A program made the translations under genes and the position numbers. The notes below the pieces were generated by a model that did not search any database, had not been told where the DNA came from, and was given only the letters and a program-made list of their open reading frames with translations. A DNA stretch of 63,883 nucleotides, filler included. It is 5 parts of 5 records of this genome, joined end to end, with 100 filler letters (N's around TTAATTAATTAA, not from the genome) between each part and the next. Parts side by side here need not be neighbours in the genome. Positions count along the whole stretch, not along the records: positions 28,851 to 44,608 come from SRR2962707_1085; 4 more parts are not named here. One strand, given 5' to 3'. Shown piece by piece: positions 28,915-42,000 of the stretch (positions are counted from its first letter, which is position 1; the number at the start of each line of letters is the position of its first letter).

Positions 28915-31900
28915 ATGGCGGAGCCGTTGCTCGAGGAGGCTGCGTTGCCAAGGGCCGACGAAATTGACCAGCCTCACGTACAGGCTTTGCCCGAGCACGA
29001 GGGAGCGCACGCGCCGCTGTCGCAGACCCTCGAATCGACCGCTCACGAGCAGGCTTCAGCTGAGGACCACGGTGGCGCGCCGCTGTCGCAGGCCCTCGAC
29101 TCGGCCACCCAGGACCTGCCTTTGCCTGGGCACATCGAAGGTGCTGCGCGCGCGCCACCGTCACAGTCCCTCGACTCGGCCACCCTTGAGAATGATGCCG
29201 CCAAGATTCTGGATTCTAGCGACGCGGTCGGCGTGCCGCCTCAGGTTGCTGTCGGCTGCGAAGACCAACCCGCTGAGTCGCGCCCAGAAGCAGGAATAGA
29301 CACCCACACCGGCGATGCCGAAGTCGAAGTTGCCAGTGCGCAGGCACCGACACCGGGACTTACCCCAATCCCGCGGGCGCGAGAACGCTCGGCTCCTGCG
29401 GACGACCGCGACGAGGAGGCTGACGCACTGGGTAGAACCCCATCGTCTACTCCCGATGTCAGCAGCAGCCGTGGGCGCTCGACGTCTGTGTCTTTCCAGG
29501 CAATGTCAAGCTTTGGGTTGTCCACCGAGTCCTTCGATGTGTCGAGCAATATTCGAAATGGCGACACCCGCACCATCAACACGACCGACCTCACCACCAT
29601 TATGGCGGAGGACCCGTCCCTCTCGTTTGATAAAGCCCGTTTGCTGCTTGTGGACGCTCAAATGCGAGCTGCTGGAATAGATCCGGCGACGGGGCTGCCA
29701 TTTGAAGCCAACGCAGGCGCTGCTGGTGCTGACTCTGGTCGGTGGGTGTGCCGCAATTGCTCATTTAACAACCGTCCAAAGGCGCAGAAAAAAAGGAGCA
29801 GAAGGAAGGGCGTTTTAATTGGTCGGAGAGAAAGGGGCGGGAAGCACTCGGCAAAGCAGAACGGAAGTGATGACGATAAGTGTGACAACTGTGGATGGCT
29901 CCGCAACGCCACAAGCGACACGGCTCGCGCTGCTGGAGCGGCTGCTGCAGAGAGCATTTCACAGGGTAGAGGCGCACGCCACAAGCACTCATCCACGCCC
30001 AACGTCTCTTCGAATCCGAACCGCCGTGACGCGCCACAAACGAGTGTCCAAGCCAGCCCTGCTTCCGTGAAGGCCCGTGGAGCTGGGCAAAGTAGAGGAG
30101 GCAGTGGAAAATCTTCGCTAAGCACGTTGTCTCCGGAAGACGCAGCCGAAGTGGCAACATTTCTTCTGTCGAACCCGTTGGGCTTCGCCTATGAACACCA
30201 CACGTCAATCCTTCGAAGTCGAAATTGGGCAACAGCACCGTATGTTGCGCATGGTACTCTGGAGATATTGGATGAACGCAGAGCTTCCGCTCATTGGCTG
30301 CCGTGGTGTGTGTTTCTTAATCCATACTTTGCTTGGGTGTCAATTTGCTTGGATTTTTCAAGGTATTTGTTTGCAAGGCACAATTTTTTTCAATACCATC
30401 GCACGATCGAGGGGTTAGACAGTCACATCGAGCAGCTACTAGCGCAGCGGACTCCTTTGCAGCTTGGAGCGTCACAAGATTCGCCCAGTGCGGCTCATAG
30501 GAGCCACTCTAAATCCATTTTCCAGAGCAATCGGGGAAAGCCCGCGGGTGCAAGCAGCGGCGGCGGTTCAGATGACCTGCTGTCGGAGCGACAAAAAGCG
30601 GGACTTATCGTTGAACTCATGAAAAGTCTTCGGTCGTGGGCTGGTGAAAGGCCAAAGCGGCGCCTTAAGTAGGTTCTTTTTCGAAACCGAACTTGCGCCA
30701 GTTGTGTGTGTTTCCGCGACTGTACCGCCACCTGATACTGTTCGGTTTTTTGCTCAGGTTTCATGTCGCAGTTGACGAGTGGCGAAACGACCAATTGCTT
30801 CCAGTGGAGGCATCGGCAGATGCAAAAAAATTGGAACGCGCTCGAAAGAAGCGAATGCAGCTCCAGCGACAATACAAGGAAGCACGGGCGGAAGCAGAAA
30901 GTGGAGGGCAGCGCTTTCCGAGCACAGCGGCAGCCAAGAGTAAACCAAGTGCCTCTCCTGTCTCTAAACCCAATAACCCACGGGTCGTTGCTGCTGCTGC
31001 GGCGGCCGCGGCCGTGGGGACGCAGAGCGCAACCAATATGGCCGCTGCTCTTGACAATTCGGTGCGGCTGCTATTTCTCCGGCACGGCGAAGGCGATCAC
31101 AATGCCTGCAAACAGGTTGCAGGAACCTGGTGCGCAAGGGCTGTGCTTGCTGTTCGAAGTGGCTTGCCTGGTGTTTGCGCAGTTTCAATCATAGTGCGAG
31201 CAATGATACATGACGTGTGCCAAACTTTCTTGATGAATTGCCACGGTACGGCAGGTACCAAGATGCCTCACTCACAGTCCTAGGGATTGAGCAGGCACTG
31301 GTCACGGGGTCCATCCTGCGCCATGTCAAGGTGGACAAAGTACTTGTATCGCCGCTGACGAGGGCACTTGAAACATGCGCTTTGATGTTTCACGATCGGC
31401 TTAAGCATGGAGCTATTGAAACGCTGGTTTGTCCTGAGGCGAGAGAATTCCGCTCAACACAGTTCATGCGATCGCATATGGGTAAGGGGGCAGTTTGCAG
31501 TTGTGTGGCGTCTTGTCACTGATTTCATTTGGCCATGCAGCATCATTTTGTTTCTGCCTGCATGCGTTGACAACGCAACAATTCACTCAATCTCTTGATC
31601 CCTGCCCTTGCATTGTATGCAATTGTGTGCAAAGGGTCATCTGCGACCGTGCTGCGCCAGCGTTTTGGCTGCAAGCCAACATCGTTCCGATTCAACGCCA
31701 CACATGGCCCGGTGCCGCTTGATTGTGTGTTTGATCGATCACTTCTTGCTCCAGAAGAGGCTCGTGCCCGGCGTGCAGCGCAGCTCAGAGCGCAAACCGC
31801 GGACGCGACAAGACCTGCTGATGGTGGAATCAATGTCAAAGCAGGTTCTCCAACAACCGATCGATCTTTGAAGAAAAAATCAGACAGTAGCAGCGAGGAC

Positions 31901-34900
31901 TTTGGAACTGTCGAACAACTTTCGGACGAGCAGGTCAGTGTGCCTCATCATCACGAATGGTTTGGTGCAGTGCTGCATCGTTGTTTGTGATGACACATTG
32001 TTTTGTCCATTTGTACCGAACTTTCGACAATCCAGATGATGGTCATTGCTCACCATGCCCTTTCGGCCCGAGCTGCTTTGGGCGCAGACGCAGAAGCCGA
32101 TGTCACCAAGGCTACACCAGCCAACGTGAATGACGATGCCGACGCCGATCATGTCGACATTGCAGCGCATGACCCCAACATGGCAGCCAACCCGGATGGT
32201 TGCGAGTCTGGACGCTGTTTGCCAGACTCGGCATCCGAACAGCAGACTATTCCAAATGCACGTGCGCCTCACCAGCTTGCATCTGCGAGCATCAGGCACA
32301 AAGTTCTTGTTGCTGGAGCTGGTTGCGCGTACAACTTTTTGGGCTGTTTGAACCCGAGATACATTGCAACCGTCACCAACCGATTCGCTCCGTGGGCAAC
32401 TGCTTCGACAATGGGATCGCCAAAGCATCAAGCTGAAGTGGGTGCCACTGTGAAGCCCAAAGGCGATATTAGCAGCTACAGGAATGTACTTCGCGACGTG
32501 AACTTTGCGCTGGACCCCGCCAGCTGCGCATTCACGCTCAGGCGGATGCCATTTGATTGGCCAGCGATTGAGGCCGACGAGTACCCCTCTGTGCCGGTAC
32601 ATCCAGATCCAATTGGCTGTGCAGCTCGCAAAACAAAAACAGAACCAACTCCGAGGCGCCTCGCTGGCTCAGTTTCTGGCTCAGGCCAAGACCCGGATGA
32701 CGATGCAGTGTCGCACGGTTGGCGCTTGCACGCAACGAACCATTTTCCTCGGGCGCTACCAGAAGTGCGTAGTTCCCGCTTGCTGTTCGGCAAATATGAG
32801 CGTCGGCCAATCGCTGCGATAGATATCTGATGAAGTGCATGTGCTTGCATTGCGCAGGTGTGGTCTCCATTGGAGACACAGTGGCAATTTTGTTTGAGAG
32901 CTGACCGCCTTCGTCGCTGGATCGCAGCCTCTTTTGCGCCAGGGAGCACAGTCGCCATTGTAGCGCATGGTACTTTGTTCAAGGTACCCACGATGCCGGC
33001 TTTCGGTCGAGCCGTGGTTGTGTTGCGGGAGTGAGACATTCTAATGATATTGTTTGAAAACGTGTGATTAGGCAATGTTCCCAGGGGAACTGGCAATGAA
33101 AAATTGCGAGTTTCGATCTTTTTTGCTGAATCCCTTTGACGGCTCTTTTTGCACGGTTCGTGGCGTGAACTGCACTTAGTAAACCAGAATCATCGTTTCC
33201 TACGAGCTAGGCCTAACGGTTGTGTGCATGCAGGTTCCCGACGTGTTGAAACAGCTCTCGAAGCTTAAAGTGTCGACCATGATGTCTAAGGCTTCGAAGG
33301 CGGTAGCTGCAACCCGCGTGCCTGGTTCGTCGTGGAAGCAGTACACAGACACGTTTTCTTGTTTTGCGAGTTCTCACGCATGCACCAAACTCGTTTCAAA
33401 ACGGGGACATCTTTCGCTGCTGATGCGCAAGTCAATGTACTTTGACGTAGATACTAATGGGCAGGGCGCTACTGAGTCCGCCCAAGACGCGGAGGCACTG
33501 CGTGTGCAGCAGGAGTTGGCTGCACGAAAGGCGGAGTAAGAGTCTCAGTGGATTGTTATTTCAGAATATTGGAGCAGGGAGGTTGCATGCCTTTCCAGAG
33601 ATCTTACCACTGTGTGTGCAATTGCTTTTCACAGATACAGTAATTTTGTGGAAAAAGAGGCAGTAGCGCAGCAATTGCGTACCATATACCGTCAATTCAA
33701 CCCAACGAAAGTACCAGATGTACCTCGGTTGATGCACAAGTGCGTAGGCACTCAGCTTTCATGGACTGCCTCTGTTTTCATGTTTTCAGAGTGTGGGGAC
33801 CATTGTTCACCACGATCTTGAACGTCGTTTAGGTACGCTGGAAGCGAGACTGAGATGTTGGCTGCTTTAAAGCGCAAGTATCGCTTGAACCGCAACTCTT
33901 CGCTTGTGGTTGCAGTGGCCAAGGGTCACACAGAAATGGTTCGCCTTTTGCTGGAAAGCAAAGCGGATGTCAGCGAAACCAATGCCAGCGGCGAAACAAT
34001 CTTGCACATCGCTTTACTTCACAAGTGCGTTCGGCAGCCGGAATCCTTGTGTGCACATTGGTGTGTTTCCGTGCTTCTGCTTGCAATTATTAATTCGTGT
34101 CGTCATTTGCGGCGTGCAGTTTCCAAAAAATTGCAGCGCTAGTTGATGCTGCAGCGGCGAAAGATGCGCACCACGCCAAGTACAGACGTCTGGTGCCGGT
34201 GGCTAGTCTAGCAGCGGGCAATGCATCCAACGAATCCGCAACTGCAGACGATGGCAGCAATGAATCTGGTCATATTGGTGGCGACCAACGCAACAGGGGA
34301 CCTGCTCTAACAATGACCATGAATCGCCAGGCCTCGCCAAGCAAACAGGCCCTTGAAGTTGCTGAGATGCTCCAGCAGCAACTCCTGTTTTCGCGCTCGC
34401 ATCATTGCTCCTTCGCAGCCAACATTGGTGTGGAACTTCGATCCAAGCTCAGTTTTCTCCCTGTTAGTAACATCACCGTGTTCTGCCGATGTGTCAATGG
34501 AAAGCCTGATACGCTCCGCAAACAAAACGACACACTGCGATACACTTCTAGTGTTGTGGCAACTGAAGGCCAGGTACGACAGCTTGAAGCGTTCGGATGA
34601 CACTGCGTTTCCCTCGCTTCAAGTCTGACCGTATTTTTACATTTGATTTGTTGGTCTTTTGCACTGGTAACGGGCCCACGTACAGATTGGTCGAGCTGCA
34701 ATGGGTACCGACGTTGGAGCCCAGACTTCGTCGAAAGAGGTACGCAGTTCTCTTGCTGCGACAGGGCGTATCGGATTCCGGCCTCAATTCGAGCGGCGCA
34801 CGTGAGTTTTTATTCCCCGCATCGTGCTGATTCAACGTGGCGTTGGACACCCCGCAACTTCCACTAACACATTTCCACGCTCGCTGTTCAATTCCTTGCG

Positions 34901-35883
34901 CAGGTTCTATGTCGATCTCAGTGACGGCGCACTTATTTACTGCTCAACGCCTAAGCGTGTGTCTCTCAAGTTTAATTGGCTCACGCAGTACAAGTCTATC
35001 AAGCTATCTGCACGGTCTAGAGCAGTGCATAATTTTACGCCTGGCACCCGTAAGAATCTGGACGTCAGCGAGTTCTATGGTATGTGTGATCGTGTAATGT
35101 TTGAGTTGGATTCGTAAATAACCTGTGCGATTTGCCGTCGAAATTTGAGAGGTCGCATTTTGATTACAACGAAGCATTGCACGAATTGCGTTGATGAATG
35201 TTAGTTGTTGAAGATATCACTCGCAGCGATAGCCGTTGGTGGTTGCTGGCTGCCCACGACGAGCAGCAAAAGTGGCTTTGGGTCAACGTGGTCAACTCCG
35301 TAGCGATGGAGTATTCACGGTACCGTTCACGACGAAAGCGTGCCTGGCCGGTACGCATGCTGTCCATGCGCCGGAGTGTGCATGTGCTTGAAGTTCACTG
35401 ATTTATGCCCTTTCGTTGTTGTGCATCGCGGTGCCGGTTTGAGAGCGCTGTTGGCAACTGTTTGGCTGTAGGCAACTGCGATTGCACGTGTCGGTAGTTT
35501 GGGCATATACTATCCCGCTCGCTTTGCTTACCGCGCACGGACAGTAACTATTCTCAGAAAGGCAGTGGGGGGCGTGATTCAGTACACGGGCGCGAATTTT
35601 CATGAGCTATGGCTGTCAAGGTTAGCAAAGCACTTGTGAGAACAGACACAGCCATTTGAAGACTGTGGCACATCCATCCATTGTCCTCAGCTATGCCTGT
35701 GCCAAACAAAACAAACGAAACAGGTACACGATTGTTGCACCGCACGATAAAAAGCCCAAAAGCTCGGAGTTTCGCGTTGAGACGCCTGGCCAAAAACTGT
35801 GGTGGTTTAAGGCGTCGTCCCTCGCCGAAAGGGACAGTTGGATGGCTTCTATTCGTCAAGCTGCAGACCACCATTCATTGTGA
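28915..35883 (+). CDS. Multi-exon eukaryotic gene: DUF2015-like / split RanBP2 Zn finger / histidine phosphatase / small helical domain / ankyrin / PH domains; exon boundaries only partly resolved
   Basis: LRHGEGDHN (RHG 31080-31088), DASLTVLGIEQA, VSPLTRALET, PEARE, later AIVAHG and NCE. Ankyrin AVAKGHTEMVRLLLESKADV..GETILHIA. PH ends WLWVNVV and ERDSWMASIRQAA*. GT-AG introns, e.g. 33740-33832. Confidence 0.65.
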
Positions 35884-36061
35884 CGGTTGTCGCCAAATAT
35901 ATTTTTTCGTTTATTCCGATTGTTGCTTCAATCAAAGCATTAGTTTAGGGTTAGGGTTACAGAAGCGTTTAAAACTCTACCCTGCTCGTCTCGTTTTTAC
36001 ATATTAGTTGATATTTGGTTAGCTTAGACGAGAATCTGTCTAAATAGTGAGTCGGCGCACA

Positions 36062-39000
36062 TCAATACTCGTAGCGACGATGAGGGGACCGCGTCAGCTC
36101 CAAATCACTCTCGAGCATTGCCATCGATGCTGTTGCGGAAGCGCGTACGTAAGGGCTGCCGCTGATCTCGCGACGAGGGCCTACAAAAAAGGTCGTCGGA
36201 GTCAGTGCATTGCGCACTCTCAATGAAAAAAAAACACAGTGAAATGTGGCCGAGCAAACCTTTGGCGCCAGAAGCTCCAGCGTATGCGCCATTTTTTACA
36301 AGTCTGTTGACAGCGTCCACGCCAGAGATACCGTTGCTTCGACCCTGATGAGACCGAGCATGATACACCTCTTCGCGAACAAGCGAGTCATTATGGGTCC
36401 TCAGCTCACGCAAGTCTCTACATCATCCAACATTAGCCAAAAAGTGAGCTCATGCCCCAAAGGGCAAATTCAACAACATCAAACAAGGGCAGAAACACAT
36501 TAAACTACCGCATGCGGAGTTCGCACCGTTCTTGGCCTGTTGCAAGCGGTTCTTTCTCAGAAAGGTCGCCATTGGACACAGTTCCAGGATCATGGAAGCT
36601 CGTGGATGCACCGAACTGCAACTGCCGCTGAGCCTACCAGACACATTTGCAAACACACCACAGTTTTAAACAAGTAGCCAAAATCATGCAGAGAAAACCA
36701 AACTGCAGAAAGGGGCCATCCACGCACGCGCGTGCGCGCATGAACGTACATTAACAAGGTGAGGGTGGTTCAAGAATGTACTCTGTTCTTGCGGAGGACT
36801 CTGCCCACGACCGAGGGTTAAAGACAACGGGCTCTGTTCAATCGTTGTTCGCGCCTTTGAAGCAGGAGAAGGAGTGCGACTGCTACGTTGACCAAGTTGC
36901 GGTCCAGGCATTGGTCGCCGGCCCTCATGAATCTGAACCAAACAAAAGAATCAAAGTGTGAACAACTTTGGGAGTCTCCGGAATCGAAAGAAAACATTCG
37001 TCCCGCAACGTGCCTGCCATTCCACATGCTTTTCCAGAGGCGATTGGCGAGCGCTCAGCAACGGGGAATCACCGAGAAGAGTGTCAGTTCGGTGCTCAAC
37101 AATACGCTGCCTTGGTGGCGGCGGAGATCGCTGACCCTACATAAGCACATTGGGTGGCAGGCGGTTGAACACGACAGTGGCAAGCGTCAAACACGTGCAG
37201 CAAAAAGACAGCCACAAATGGATTCACAGGTGTTTGTACCGTGTGATGGTGATATTGGTACGATTGATCGACACGCAGCCCATGGCTTTTGTGCTGCTGC
37301 ACATGATCACGAAAATTGGACCCTAAAACAACGTTGCTGTGGTATAAGGGAGACAGCTCACCGCCTGGGACGTTTGTCGAGGGAATGCCACCCTGAACGT
37401 TAATGTTGCTGCGTTCCGATGGACTTTCTGGTCCCAGCTCGGGAACGCGGCGCTTGTTGTGCCCACGGCGAACAACATGTGCATTCCTCCCTTGTTCACC
37501 ATGGTGAGTTGAAGGTGCATAGGATGGAATCACCGATTGGCTTGCAAACGGAATAGATGCTCGGGAGTTGCGAAATTGCCCAGGAGATACCACAGGGTCA
37601 AGATTCGTCTTTGGCGGTGACTTGGTGACCATTCGAGAATCATCTGGGAAATTATGGTCAAAATGCTGAAGCGGAGGCTTGTCCCAGTGTACATCAGAAG
37701 GTCGATCAACTCTGTAATAGTACGCACGCCTTGGAACGCCAAAAGCAGGGGACGAACGGTTGAACAACAATCAAGTGGCCATACGAAGCATCGCAACATT
37801 AACTGCAAATCGGTCGAGGGCGCACCCATTGATTGTGCCTGTCCTCCAGTCAAGTTCCGCGGCGGCGTTGGATTGCCCGTTGCGATTTTTCGGCCGAACC
37901 TTACGTTGAATTTCAAACGCAGGAGAAAAACGCTGCTGATAAAGGCGCTCGCGAGGTTTGCGTGGGATTTCCAGCGACTCCGACGACACGGACGACGGCG
38001 ATGAGGGAGAAGCGGGGTCCCGTGAGGGCTTCTTCGGAAGCTCAAATCGATCATCAACGCGAGGATGTGCCCCGCCAAGCAAAGCCATCATTTGCTCCAG
38101 GCGATCTGATATCGAACTCTCAACTGCCTTTTCAACTCTTGCCAACTAGCGCACGCACGGCCATTTTACAACCAAAGTCATATGGCATCCCTTTTCGCAG
38201 AAAATACGCAACGTAAACAACACAGTCGCATGAGATACCTGTCGGCGATACAACTGCAGTGTTTCATTGACATCATCCTGTTCTGCAAGTGCGGCTTCTT
38301 GCTGAGCTTGTATGGCGTCCATCAATGTTGAAATTTGTACCGACAAACGCCGTTGCATCGCCTACAAAACAATCGTGGCGGGTTCAAATCGTGTCTCAAC
38401 TTTGAAAAGCAAGCCAGTCCAACATAATATCACGAGTACTAGCGTGCCTGTTCGACATGTTCAAGGTGACGCCGTGCATCTTTGGCTTTACTGTCACGCT
38501 TGCGTAATTTGACCTCGAATCGGCGAACCGTCTTGGACAATTTAGCTGAAAGATTCCGGTGCAAAGCAGCTTCTGCAACCTGCCAAAACATGCGCAGTCA
38601 TACCGATACCGATCCTGTTGCGATACCAAGGTGGGCGGTCGTGCTCAGTCCGACACGACAAATCGGCATGCACCTGTGGCACGAACCTGTAGCTTGCGGT
38701 GAGCCTGTGACGACTCGGCTTCAATGACATTCAACAACGCACTGATTTTGTCGTCCATTGCACTACAGAAGGCCAGCAGTTCAGAAACGTCACAATGTGC
38801 AAAAACATGAAAGCTGCACTTCAAATGCAGTCGCCGTTGTCAATGGGCGACGACGAACCGTTCGACGTTTCGACGCTGCCGGCGACTTTCACGTTTGTGT
38901 CTTCGCCGTTCAAATTGCAACACTCCTCGCACGGCACCCAAGGATTCCGTCACCGCGGCATTAGTTTGGGCGAGGGCATTCGCTTTTGAGTGCTTTCCAG

Positions 39001-42000
39001 AAGTGCCGTTTTTCTTCCCATTCGGGTTGTCGCCGCTCAGTTCAGGTCGTCGCTTGCGGTTGTGTCGGCGTTTTTTGGAGCTCGTTCTCTTCTTTCTTTT
39101 ACTTTTTTTGTGTGACCGTTTTCGGTCGTCACCGGCATCCTTGTGGCCGATAGGTGTTTCACTGTCCCCTCCAGCCAACGGTTTCACCGGTTCGCTTTTG
39201 ATCTTATCGATTGGTTCACGCGCCTGCGTCAATTGTTGCAATGCCAGCGAGTGGGGTTCAACTATCTCTCTACCCCTCCGAGCAGCAGACCTTTTCGCTG
39301 CTTCTTCAGGAGATCGTTTTGCACTATTTTGACTGACGATGTTCCCAGTGTCACTGGGTGACAAAATTGTCGTCAGTGTTTTCCGAATTGTGTCTTCCAA
39401 ATGCTGAGAAAAGGCCGCATCAGTTGCCAACTTTTCGTTGAGGGTGGTTTGTCCTTCGTTTTGAGCAGTTGGCCGTTGATGGGCACCCCCTTTCGAAGCA
39501 AAAGGCCGGCATTTTTTGCGACGGAACTCTTTCTCAGGGGATTCTTCAGAAGTGTCTGACAAAATGTCTTCATCATGCATGCCGCTATCACGGCCACCTG
39601 CAGCGTGGGAACGCTGCCTTTGCCTCGCAATGTAGCTGCGCGCACGCCTTTTGTAGTATGCTTTGGCAATTTTCTCATCGGCACGGCGCTCTTTCCTCCG
39701 CTGGCGGGTTTCTTCCACAAACTGCACAACTGCTTGGAGCCGCGCCTGGGCGTGCTCCTGTTCCGCACGAAGTTCTGCATCTTGCTGTGCTTTGGCAATG
39801 CTGTTCATTCGCTCCATTTCTGAAGCTTGCGCCCTGTCAAACTCTTCGAATCGCTGGCGAGCTGATGGGCCATCAGTGTTACTTGACACAAACTGCGGGA
39901 ACTTTTCTTGCTGCGGTCCATCAGGTTCATCACCCCTTCCCGAATAGTTTTCAAAACCTCCCGTATGGTCATGGAATAGCTCCTGCGAGTCAATATCCTC
40001 GGGCCCATGTTCCTCCGGTGAGGCTGAGTGCGGGTCCAGTGCGGGAGATTGTGAGCGAGAAAGCGGCGGTGTTCGTTCTTCGACCGGCGAAGAGCTTGCC
40101 TTATGTTCGGCGAACGATGGCGGACTTGCTTGGTTGAAATTGGCAGACCCGGATGATTGGTGTCCACGAAACGTGGCAACGGGCTTGCCAAAAGTACCGC
40201 TTCGTCCGATTCGCGGAAGTTGTGCGTTTGGCGTGTGGTCGTCTTCTGCATTGCGATCTGCTTCTGCAATGGCAAGAGCCTCTTCGCTGCGGTGTGTGCT
40301 TCGTGGACGTCGTGGAGCAGCGGACGATCCTCCACCAACACCAATGGTCGTTTGGGCTGATGTGATATTCTCAAGTACCTACGGCCAACGAAAGAAATCA
40401 CGATGCGAGCATCAAACTGGGCAAACATCGCAATTGCTCACGCAGAGTGTCTCGCGTCTTGAACCCAGAACAGACAACCCCAACGTACGCGGCTGATGGC
40501 GCGAAGCCATGAATCCCGTTCTCGGCCGGACTCAAAATGCGCCATAACACCAAACAGCGAGTCGCCGCCTGTTCGACGGGCGATTTCGACAAACAGCGAG
40601 TGTCACAACCAGAAAATGAATGTGCATGACGGAATAACACCCAATGAATCGGCTCTCGAACCAGCTTTGCTCGGCAAGGAGCTGCTGAAGATTAAGCCGT
40701 CTTTTCCGCGAACTGACAAGCTACTGTCGTCAGTAATCGATAATCGCAACTCGGCTCCTTGAAGTCTCGACTGCACAAGCAAAAATAGCGTCAACAGAGC
40801 ACAAACACGAATTGCCTGTAGTAACCTCAGCCTATTCAAAGTTTGATTCTTTTTGCTGTGCTTGCGTACCTGCGTTGCAAAGTATTGGAGGGTGCAGCTG
40901 TTGGGGTCCAATACTAAAAACCTTGTCGCCAGTTCGGAATCTGCGTAAATCCCTGAACCTAAGCCGGGAGATAACGTGAGTTCAAGGACATGATACTCGT
41001 TGAATCACAGCCACTCTACCCCAACGTACCCCGTGGGCTTTCACCTGAGGCCTTTAAGGGCCAAACTCGAGCCCACCCCTTGCAAATCAAAAAAAGGCAG
41101 TGAATTAATGATTGAAATCAAGTTCGGAAATTGTAGAAGTGGTTCAATGCTTGACTGTAGGCACCTGCATTCTCCGATCATTGTTGTCGAAATTCTGGTT
41201 GGAACGCTGCGTATGACCTTTTGCGACCAGGTGTGTAACATTGCCATTGGCACTCAGTTGATGAGATGGCCTTGGAGGAGCTTGCACAAGTGCCTTCTCG
41301 TTCTCTGTTGAATGATTTGTTGACTGTGCGGCCCGACCAGCTCCATGACCGAAGCTGTCCTCGTTTTCCTGACTGTTGAGTGTGTTAGGCACAGGCACAC
41401 GCACGTTTGAAGACGTGTGTTCTTTTCCGCTTGGCAGTGACCAGTCGTCGTCAGAATCACTTGGCGCGGGCGCATATTCAGCACGAAGCCCAATTTGACG
41501 ACTATCTGACTCATGTTCAACGTGGCCGTCTTGGGACGCCTTCGCCTCAGCTTGAGTGTCTGGTGGATCCCCCGTCGAGGACCCATCAAATTGTGAAGAA
41601 ACTTTTGCTTTTTCCTCATACCGTGCTGAATAACGTGCAAGCGTCGCAGTCATGCGCGCCACGGGCGAAGGTGTTACATCGTCTTCGTCCAATGCTGCAG
41701 CCTTGAAACAAAAAGGGACAAGCACAACCGCGTGAACCTACTCAGTGGCCATGCAATCAGGCCGACTTGCAACAGTTGATAAACTCACGAGCGAAGCTTT
41801 TTCCTTGGGTCGGTCGCGACTCTCGGCTGCTTGACGGCGCTCAGCAATCGACTGCCTTATTTGCGCTTGTTTCAATTGAGTTGTTTCCAAATCGTTACGA
41901 ATGTTTGAACCTGCACGCTGCGATTCATCTCCTTTGCTCGCCAAGGGTTGACAGTCCGCCACAGTTGTGCGTTGCTGAGAAGGTTCACGTTCCGCGACCC

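Noticed and set aside
35945..35959. TTAGGGTTAGGGTTA telomere-like motif
   Set aside because: Only 2.5 units, internal, between convergent gene ends; could be chance.
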